DNA of 33,363 nucleotides from sequence record SRR31147125_4898; one strand, written 5' to 3'. Shown piece after piece: positions 26,568 through 33,363 of this stretch. Position numbers and translations under genes: made by a program. How positions within the stretch are numbered: the stretch's first letter is position 1; the number at the start of each line of letters is the position of its first letter. The notes beneath the pieces are model-generated. The model was not told the origin of the DNA, ran no database searches, and was given only the letters and a program-made list of their open reading frames with translations.

Positions 26568-28097
26568 ATGAAATATTTATTAGCACATGACCTTGGAACA
26601 TCGGGGAATAAAGTTACGCTTTTTAGTGTTGCTGGGAAACTGATTGATAGTGTTACGGTTTCATATGATGTGAAATGGTTTAATGATGTGTTTGCAGAAC
26701 AAAATGCTGATGATTGGTATGCAGCAGTATGTAGCTCGACTAAAAGTATATTGAAGAACGTCAGCAATGAAGATATAGTCGGTGTTTCTTTCAGCGGGCA
26801 GATGATGGGGTGTTTATGTGTGGATGAACAAGGAAATCCACTAAGAGATTCGATTATTTGGGCAGATATGCGTGCGGGTAAGCAAGAAGAATATATTAAG
26901 CAAAAGTTCACTGAACATGAATTTTATAAACTTACAGGACATAAACCATCTTCATCATATACACTTGCAAAGTTGATGTGGGTAAAGGACAATGAACCAG
27001 ATATCTATGAAAAAACTTATAAAGTTTTAAATGCAAAGGATTATATCATTCAGAAACTAACAGGTGAATTTGTTACAGAGTATTCAGATGCATCTGGAAC
27101 TAATTTGTTGGATTTAAATATGCTTGAATGGAGCAAAGAAATTGCTAAGGCAGTTGGAATTGATATTGACAAAATGCCAAGTCTATTAAAGTCTACGGAT
27201 GTTGCTGGGCATGTAACACAAAAAGCTGCTGAGGAGACTGGGTTAAAAGCTGGAACACCAATTGTATGCGGAGGTGGTGATGGTGCGATGGCTGGAGTTG
27301 GATCTATGTGTACCAAACCTGGAACTGCATATTTGACGATAGGGACTTCGGCTTGGAATTCATTTTCATCTGAAAAACCGATATTTGACGATGAGATGCG
27401 TATATTTAATTGGGCGCATGTTGTTGATGGATTATATACACCTTGCGGCACAATGCAAACTGCAGGAGCGGCTGTACAGTGGTTGGTGGATGAAGTTGCA
27501 AAATATGAAACTAAAATTGCACAAGATAATGATAATTCTGTATATGATTATATTGAAAGTCAGGTGAAAGAAAGCCCTGTTGGTTCAAACGGTTTGCTGT
27601 TTCTTCCTTACTTGCTTGGAGAAAGAAGCCCAAGATGGAATGCGGATGCTAGAGGCTGTTTTGTTGGTCTTAAAATGGAAACAAAACGGGCAGATATACT
27701 CCGAAGCGTCTATGAGGGCGTAGCTATGAATTTAAAAGTGATTTTAGATGTGTTTTTAAAAAATGAAGATATATCTGAGATAACGCTGACGGGCGGGGGT
27801 GCTCGTTCGCAGATGTGGTGTCAGATATTTGCTGATGTATATAATATGCCTGTTAATATTCCTAACTATATTGAGGAAGCAACATCAATTGGTGCGGCGG
27901 TGACTGCGGGCGTTGGCTTAGGCGTGTATGAAGGATTTGAGCGAATAAAGGATTTTATTGAAATTGATAAGACTATTTTTCCAATTAGAGAAAACGTGGA
28001 GGTTTATAAAGATCTGATTAAGCTTTTTGATCAAACTTATTTTGCGTTGGAAGATGTATATACTGGGCTTGCAAAATTCACAGCGAAGTCAAACTAA
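26568..28097 (+). CDS. FGGY carbohydrate kinase (xylulokinase-like)
   Basis: DLGTSGNK, SGQM, WADMR, SDASGT, GGGDG, GERSP, TGGGARS. Confidence 0.9.
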   Translation: MKYLLAHDLGTSGNKVTLFSVAGKLIDSVTVSYDVKWFNDVFAEQNADDWYAAVCSSTKSILKNVSNEDIVGVSFSGQMMGCLCVDEQGNPLRDSIIWADMRAGKQEEYIKQKFTEHEFYKLTGHKPSSSYTLAKLMWVKDNEPDIYEKTYKVLNAKDYIIQKLTGEFVTEYSDASGTNLLDLNMLEWSKEIAKAVGIDIDKMPSLLKSTDVAGHVTQKAAEETGLKAGTPIVCGGGDGAMAGVGSMCTKPGTAYLTIGTSAWNSFSSEKPIFDDEMRIFNWAHVVDGLYTPCGTMQTAGAAVQWLVDEVAKYETKIAQDNDNSVYDYIESQVKESPVGSNGLLFLPYLLGERSPRWNADARGCFVGLKMETKRADILRSVYEGVAMNLKVILDVFLKNEDISEITLTGGGARSQMWCQIFADVYNMPVNIPNYIEEATSIGAAVTAGVGLGVYEGFERIKDFIEIDKTIFPIRENVEVYKDLIKLFDQTYFALEDVYTGLAKFTAKSN

Positions 28098-28100
28098 GCG

Positions 28101-29099
28101 ATGGAGAAACAAATGATATATAGAAAAGTGAATAGGATAGAAAATGAGTTTTCGGTAATTGGTTTAGGTTGTTGGGGTTTATCGGGTGCAAGCGTTTGGG
28201 CAGATAGTAACGATGATGATTCTGTTCTTGTCGTGAAAACAGCATTAGATAGAGGCATTAATTTTTTTGATGTAGCACCAGTTTATGGTTTTGGACACGC
28301 GGAAAAAATCCTTGGTAAAGCGCTTAAAGGCGTGAGCCGAGATAGTGTGGTTATAGGCAGTAAGTGTGGACTGCGATGGGATGAAAACGGGAATATAAAA
28401 AATGACCTGACTGAAAAAAGAATATTGGAAGAAATCGATATGAGTTTACAAAGATTAAATGTGGACTATATAGATATTTATCAGTTGCATTGGCCAGATC
28501 ATGATACTCCATTAGAAGAGACTATTGGTGCCATTAGAAAAGTAAAGGAAGCCGGAAAGATTAAGCATTTAGGTGTTACTAATTTTTCTGTTGCTGATAC
28601 CAAAAAAATCATGAGTATGATGGATGTTGTCTCTCAACAAGGGTTATATAATATGTTGGAAAGAAACCCAAAGTCATATCATGATATCTCATTAGAATAT
28701 AAATCCGAAGATGAGATGATTCCTATGTGCAAAAAAGAAGGACAAGCGTTCTTCCCTTATAGTCCATTGTTTCAAGGGTTGTTAAGCGGTACTTTTAAAG
28801 CAAGCGGTAATTTTGAAAAAAATGATATTAGAACGGCAAACCCAAAACTGAACGGAGATAGCTTTGATAAATACTATAAAGCTGTACAGGAATTACAGGT
28901 AATTGCTGATGATATTGAAAAACCATTGAATGAGATGGCAATAAATTGGCTTGTTGAGAATAAAGGTGTTACATCTATTATTGGCGGAGCTACAAGAGCA
29001 GAGCATATTGAAAAAAATACTAATGCGTTAAGCTGGTCATATGATGATGTAACATTGAAACGTGTAAATACGATACTAGATAATTTTATTGATGAATAA
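28101..29099 (+). CDS. Aldo/keto reductase (IolS/YhdN-like)
   Basis: GLGCW, FDVAPVYG, SLQRLNVDYIDIYQLHWPD, YSPL.QGLL. Confidence 0.92.
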   Translation: MEKQMIYRKVNRIENEFSVIGLGCWGLSGASVWADSNDDDSVLVVKTALDRGINFFDVAPVYGFGHAEKILGKALKGVSRDSVVIGSKCGLRWDENGNIKNDLTEKRILEEIDMSLQRLNVDYIDIYQLHWPDHDTPLEETIGAIRKVKEAGKIKHLGVTNFSVADTKKIMSMMDVVSQQGLYNMLERNPKSYHDISLEYKSEDEMIPMCKKEGQAFFPYSPLFQGLLSGTFKASGNFEKNDIRTANPKLNGDSFDKYYKAVQELQVIADDIEKPLNEMAINWLVENKGVTSIIGGATRAEHIEKNTNALSWSYDDVTLKRVNTILDNFIDE

Positions 29100-29104
29100 A
29101 CGTT

Positions 29105-29174
29105 GTTAGGCATCCTTTTTCATTTTTTCCTTATAAAAAAAGTAATGAATTTCCTAATTTTTAGGGTGCCTAAT
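29105..29174 (+). other. Large intercistronic hairpin
   Basis: GTTAGGCATCCT / AGGGTGCCTAAT outer stem with inner TTCATT/AATGAA stem. Confidence 0.45.
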
Positions 29175-29194
29175 CGAAACGTGAAACGAGGTGT

Positions 29195-30124
29195 GTGATG
29201 AAAAAAGCGATTGTTTTTGGTAGTTTTGTAGTTGATTTGATGGCGAGGACACCACATTTACCGAAACCAGGTGAAACGGTGAAGAGTACAATGTTTAAGC
29301 TTGGGCCAGGAGGCAAGGGTTTTAATCAAGGTATTGCAGCAAAAAAATCTGGTGCGGATGTTTTAATGATAACGAAACTTGGCAATGATGCTTTTGCAAA
29401 GGTGGCTCTTGATAAGTTGGAAGAAGAGAACATGTCTACAGAGTATATATTTAGAACACAAGAATATGATACTGGAAACGCACTTATTATTGTGGATGAA
29501 AAAACATCTCAAAATATGATTGCAGTGAGCCTTGGTAGCTGTGGACAGATTGATGATGAGGACATAAAAAAGATAGAAAAAGCAATGGATGATTGTGAAA
29601 TATTGCTGACACAGTTGGAAACAAATGTGGATGCGATTGAAAAAGTTCTAGACATAGCAAAAAGTAAGAACATTCAAGTTGTTTTAAATCCTGCACCAGT
29701 TCAAGAGATTGATGATGTAATATATAGTAAGGTGAATATTATTACACCTAACGAGGTTGAAGCTTCTATTTTAAGTGGTATTGAAGTAAAGGATGAACAC
29801 GATGCGCTGAAGGCGGCGCAGTTTTTTATGGACAAGGGCATAGAGAATGTTGTTATCACTTTGGGTGATTTAGGCGTTTTAGCAGTCAATAAAGATACTC
29901 ATAAAATGTATAAAAACTATGATTGTATTAATGTGATGGATACAACAGGCGCAGGAGATGCGTTTAATGGCGGTTTTTTAACTGCACTTTCAGAGGGGAA
30001 AACTTTTTTTGATGCAGTTGAATTTGGAAATATAGTTGCTAATATATCTGTAGAAAGATTAGGCACTTCGCCAGCAATGCCATCACGGAACGAAATTGAC
30101 GAATTTATTAGAAGCAATTCTTAA
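29195..30124 (+). CDS. rbsK: Ribokinase
   Basis: GSFVVDL, PGET, GGKGFNQ, QLE, NPAP, PNEVE, DTTGAGDAFNG. Confidence 0.88.
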   Translation: MMKKAIVFGSFVVDLMARTPHLPKPGETVKSTMFKLGPGGKGFNQGIAAKKSGADVLMITKLGNDAFAKVALDKLEEENMSTEYIFRTQEYDTGNALIIVDEKTSQNMIAVSLGSCGQIDDEDIKKIEKAMDDCEILLTQLETNVDAIEKVLDIAKSKNIQVVLNPAPVQEIDDVIYSKVNIITPNEVEASILSGIEVKDEHDALKAAQFFMDKGIENVVITLGDLGVLAVNKDTHKMYKNYDCINVMDTTGAGDAFNGGFLTALSEGKTFFDAVEFGNIVANISVERLGTSPAMPSRNEIDEFIRSNS

Positions 30125-30135
30125 GGAGGTATATT

Positions 30136-30531
30136 GTGTTAAAAGGCGGAATACTGAATCCTGATATGGCTAAATTGTTTGCATCTCTAGGGCATTATGA
30201 TCAGATTGTTATCTGTGATGCGGGGTTACCTATACCTGATGGAGTACAGCGCATAGATCTTGCATGGAAACCAGGTGAGCCAAAGTATTTGGATGTACTG
30301 GAAGAAATATTAAAGTACTTAACGATTGAATATGCGTATCTTGCTAATGAACAAAAAACTGTCAGTCCAGATATGAACAGATCTGTTTTAAATTTGCTTG
30401 GTGATATTCCAGTTAAGTACATTGATCATGTTGACTTGAAGGCAGAAAGTGCAAAATCGATGGCGATTATTCGTACTGGGGAATTTACACCATATTCTAG
30501 TGTTGTATTAGTCAGTGCATGCGCATATTAA
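30136..30531 (+). CDS. rbsD: D-ribose pyranase
   Basis: LGHYDQIVICDAGLPIP, IDLA, IRTGEFTPY. Confidence 0.9.
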   Translation: MLKGGILNPDMAKLFASLGHYDQIVICDAGLPIPDGVQRIDLAWKPGEPKYLDVLEEILKYLTIEYAYLANEQKTVSPDMNRSVLNLLGDIPVKYIDHVDLKAESAKSMAIIRTGEFTPYSSVVLVSACAY

Positions 30532-30700
30532 AGCAACATACTATTAAAAAAACTTTAAACAAAGCAAGCATGCGTATATAAAAAAAATATAGTGAACTTA
30601 TAAAACTCTATTGCCTGATTTTATACTTGTCTGTCACAGGAGATTTGAAGATTGACGAGTAGTAAATTCATTAACTTTTGTGAAATAATGTTACGGGGAG

Positions 30701-30732
30701 AAAGCAACGGTGATCATCACTACCGTTGCTTT
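30701..30732. terminator. Bidirectional intrinsic terminator
   Basis: AAAGCAACGGT-N10-ACCGTTGCTTT between convergent genes. Confidence 0.7.
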
Positions 30733-30790
30733 AATCGTATGCGTTATTATTATATTTTTCTTAAAAACCTTATTTGATACAGACTATTGA

Positions 30791-31318
30791 TTATATCCTT
30801 TTAGAGTATCTTAATATTGTTATACCCTCTTGTACTGTACATTCATTTAAGTGTAGTTTAATATTTGGATTATCTTCAAAAAATAAAGGTTTACCTTTTC
30901 CAAGTATTATAGGAATAATACCGATGATATATTCATCAATAGTATTTGTCTTAATAAACTGATCAGCAGTAACGCCGCCGCCAAATATCCAGATGTTTTT
31001 GCCGCTGTTTCTTTTCAGTTTCTCAACATAAGCAGTAATATTGTCATTAATAAATTTGACATTCTCATAGTCTTCAACCTGTTTAGAAGTTACTACAAGA
31101 ACTTGCTTATCTTTAAAATTATCAATACCGCAATCCTCATATGAATTTCTACCTATAATAATTGTATCCACACCATTTATAAATTCATCAAAATCAAACA
31201 GATTTTTGGTATTGTGCCTTTTATCGCCATCTCCGACGATCCATTCAAAACCACCATTTTCATCGGCAATAAATCCGTCTAAACTTATTGCAATATTAAG
31301 TATTATTTTTCTATTCAT
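30791..31318 (-). CDS. Dihydrofolate reductase-like (RibD C-terminal domain) protein
   Basis: IAISLDGFIA, GRNSY, IWIFGGG, PIILGKGKPLF. Confidence 0.9.
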   Translation of the reverse strand: MNRKIILNIAISLDGFIADENGGFEWIVGDGDKRHNTKNLFDFDEFINGVDTIIIGRNSYEDCGIDNFKDKQVLVVTSKQVEDYENVKFINDNITAYVEKLKRNSGKNIWIFGGGVTADQFIKTNTIDEYIIGIIPIILGKGKPLFFEDNPNIKLHLNECTVQEGITILRYSKRI

Positions 31319-31620
31319 TTCAACTTCCTACTACTTCTTTTACAAGTATACTATGAATAATATTTTAGGACAATTTCTTTAATCAAAAAATTATATTTAG
31401 CAATTAAATGGAAACCTAAAGTGCTATTTACTCTATTATATATGTGCAAAATTTTTTATTAAAGATATAGAAACTTATAAGTATATGTTGTGCGTAGATA
31501 GTGATTTGTTGTATATTATATATGATTTGAATTATTAGCTTTTTGTTGTTTTGAATCGAATTAATAGATATAAATAAGTATAAAAATTACAACTTGGGCA
31601 AGATCAGCGGAGGATATATA

Positions 31621-32265
31621 TTGATATATAAGCATATAATATGGGATTACAATGGCACGATATTGGATGATGTAGATTTGTGCTTGGATATCTTAAATAA
31701 TATGATGTATGAACATAATGGGGTGAAGAAAAGTTTTGATTTAAAAAGATATAAGGAGATATTTGGTTTTCCTATATATGATTATTACATTAAAGCAGGA
31801 TTTGATTTTAATAAAAAGAGCTTTGCTGAACTTTCTGATGTTTTTATTGAATCATATTACTTAAGAGAAGCCGAGCAAACGATAAAAGATGGAGCGCATA
31901 AGGTTTTAGAGTATGTAAAGCAGTGTAATATAACGCAGTCGATACTTACAGCTTCGATGAAAGAAAAGACACTGTACCAGTTAAAAAATTTTGGAATAAA
32001 AGATTATTTCTCGCATGTTTCTGGGCTTGATAACAACCAAGCAAAAGGCAAGGATGATTTGATACCAAAGCACTTATCTGGTATTGATGCAAAAACAGAC
32101 GAAATACTGTTTGTGGGTGATACTGATCATGATTTGTTTGTAGCTAATAAGATTGGGTGTAAGTGTGTGTTGGTTGCAGATGGACATCAATCTAAAAATC
32201 GCTTATCGAGCTTGCATACAGAAATAGTTGAGGATTGTTATGAATTGCTGGAATATATAAAATGA
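31621..32265 (+). CDS. HAD family hydrolase (phosphoglycolate phosphatase-like)
   Basis: WDYNGT motif I variant, ILTAS, VGDTDHD; start placed at TTG 31621 behind GGAGG. Confidence 0.85.
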   Translation: MIYKHIIWDYNGTILDDVDLCLDILNNMMYEHNGVKKSFDLKRYKEIFGFPIYDYYIKAGFDFNKKSFAELSDVFIESYYLREAEQTIKDGAHKVLEYVKQCNITQSILTASMKEKTLYQLKNFGIKDYFSHVSGLDNNQAKGKDDLIPKHLSGIDAKTDEILFVGDTDHDLFVANKIGCKCVLVADGHQSKNRLSSLHTEIVEDCYELLEYIK

Positions 32266-32294
32266 TAAATTAATTTACTTAAGAGGGGCGAATA

Positions 32295-32975
32295 ATGAAA
32301 TATGATTTAATACTGCTAGATGTAGATAATACTTTATTGGATTTTGATTATAGTGAAAAAAAAGCAATAGAAAAGGTCTTTAAAGCACATAATCTTTTAT
32401 TAACAAATGAAATATTAAATTATTATATAAAAAAGAATGTAGAATTATGGGAAATGCTTGAAAGAGGAGAGGTTTCTAAGGATTTTGTGCTCTTAGAAAG
32501 ATTTAATCAGACGTTTATTAAATTTGGTTTGAAAGCAGACGTTTCTCAATTGAATCATGATTATCAAGTTGAGTTGGGTGATAATCCTATGCTTTTTGAA
32601 GGGGCGCTTGAACTCTGTAATAAGCTAGTTGATATGTGCAAGCTTGCGATAGTTACAAACGGAACAAAAGTAGCGCAGGATAGAAAATTAGAAATCACTG
32701 GTTTAAATAGGGTGATTAAAGATATATTTATATCGGAAGTTGTTGGCTATAATAAGCCTGATAAACGTTTTTTTGATTATGTGTTTTCTAAAGTTGGAGA
32801 TTTTAGTAAAGATAAAGTGCTTATAGTAGGTGATTCGTTAACTTCTGATATTAGAGGTGGTAACAATGTTGGGATCGACACATGTTGGGTTAATATTAGA
32901 AATCAAAAAAATACGAGTGAAAAAGTAGACTATGAAATAAACAAAGTGTCGGAGTTGCTAGATATAATAATATAG
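32295..32975 (+). CDS. YjjG family HAD nucleotidase
   Basis: DVDNTLLDF, VTNG, ISE.VG.NKP, VGDSLTSDIRGG. Confidence 0.88.
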   Translation: MKYDLILLDVDNTLLDFDYSEKKAIEKVFKAHNLLLTNEILNYYIKKNVELWEMLERGEVSKDFVLLERFNQTFIKFGLKADVSQLNHDYQVELGDNPMLFEGALELCNKLVDMCKLAIVTNGTKVAQDRKLEITGLNRVIKDIFISEVVGYNKPDKRFFDYVFSKVGDFSKDKVLIVGDSLTSDIRGGNNVGIDTCWVNIRNQKNTSEKVDYEINKVSELLDIII

Positions 32976-33035
32976 GTGTTATTTATAATTATATAAATAG
33001 TTGATGTAGATATTTATGTATAATATTGATAGATA

Positions 33036-33062
33036 AAAAGCAGGTGAAAACCACCTGCTTTT
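33036..33062. terminator. Bidirectional intrinsic terminator
   Basis: AAAAGCAGGTG-AAAAC-CACCTGCTTTT between convergent genes. Confidence 0.75.
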
Positions 33063-33085
33063 AGTATTGCCCAAATTTATATCAA

Positions 33086-33363
33086 TCAAAAACAACGCCC
33101 GTTTTCCTGTTTGTCACAGTTGACGCCTTTCTTCTTGCACTGATAGCAAATCTCATTTGTTAAAGCTTCATTAGATACAAATTCTTTAAAATTACCAATA
33201 GTAGTTTCGGCAATATTACTTAATGCCTCATGGGTTAAAAATGCCTGATGAGAAGTGATTAGAACATTAGGGAATGTAAGGAGCCTTGATAAAACATCGT
33301 CCGAAATAATCTCTTCAGAAAAATCTTCAAAGAAGTAGTTCATCTCTTCTTCGTATACGTCAA
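33086..33363 (-). CDS. 3' end of D-lactate dehydrogenase-like (LdhA-type) 2-hydroxyacid dehydrogenase, truncated by window edge
   Basis: LDVYEEE..YFFED.S...RLLTFPNVLITSHQAFLT.EAL. Confidence 0.85.
   Translation of the reverse strand, partial: DVYEEEMNYFFEDFSEEIISDDVLSRLLTFPNVLITSHQAFLTHEALSNIAETTIGNFKEFVSNEALTNEICYQCKKKGVNCDKQENGRCF

Noticed and set aside
26246-26911. 221-aa minus-strand ORF and the other antisense or alternative-frame ORFs in the track
   Set aside because: Shadows of well-supported + strand genes, with no recognisable motifs
22851-28097. Assigning rbsBAC or xylB symbols
   Set aside because: Family motifs do not fix the substrate, and the accessory enzymes suggest something other than plain ribose or xylose use
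30600-30732. Possible ncRNA/riboswitch ahead of the terminator
   Set aside because: No recognisable family consensus and no co-oriented downstream gene

Overview
This is low-GC Firmicutes (Clostridia-like) chromosomal DNA, almost all coding on the + strand, in three blocks. (1) 1-15967 is an envelope-signalling island. It holds seven highly diverged paralogues of a secreted DUF6034-like domain (C-terminal PxWxF...INAxDGS signature). Five are stand-alone (four complete lipoprotein genes, one truncated by the window edge) and two are fused behind BlaR1-type M56 metalloproteases, each with its own BlaI repressor. The block also has an SH3 + L,D-transpeptidase lipoprotein, and a LytTR/GHKL (AgrA/AgrC-like) pair followed by an AgrD-like peptide gene that the ORF track misses. 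Most notable: both M56 fusions contain an internal SD-like/Met...lipobox segment (Met1-Cys31) exactly co-linear with the signal peptides of two stand-alone paralogues, and there are relics of cassette turnover. This suggests a modular sensor system that splits and exchanges domains (inference). Three clear and one possible single-base frameshifts lie in this block; they may be sequencing artefacts. (2) 16149-30531 is a carbohydrate catabolic cluster of unknown substrate: GntR, phosphotriesterase-like lactonase, shikimate-dehydrogenase-like enzyme, cupin phosphosugar isomerase, D-2-hydroxyacid dehydrogenase, KDPG-type aldolase, LacI, CUT2 ABC transporter, FGGY kinase, aldo/keto reductase, rbsK and rbsD. 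(3) 30791-33363 has a DHFR-like gene, two HAD hydrolases and the 3' end of a D-lactate dehydrogenase-like gene. I saw no rRNA, tRNA, CRISPR array, transposase or integrase. All family calls are from motif recognition by eye, with no database search.
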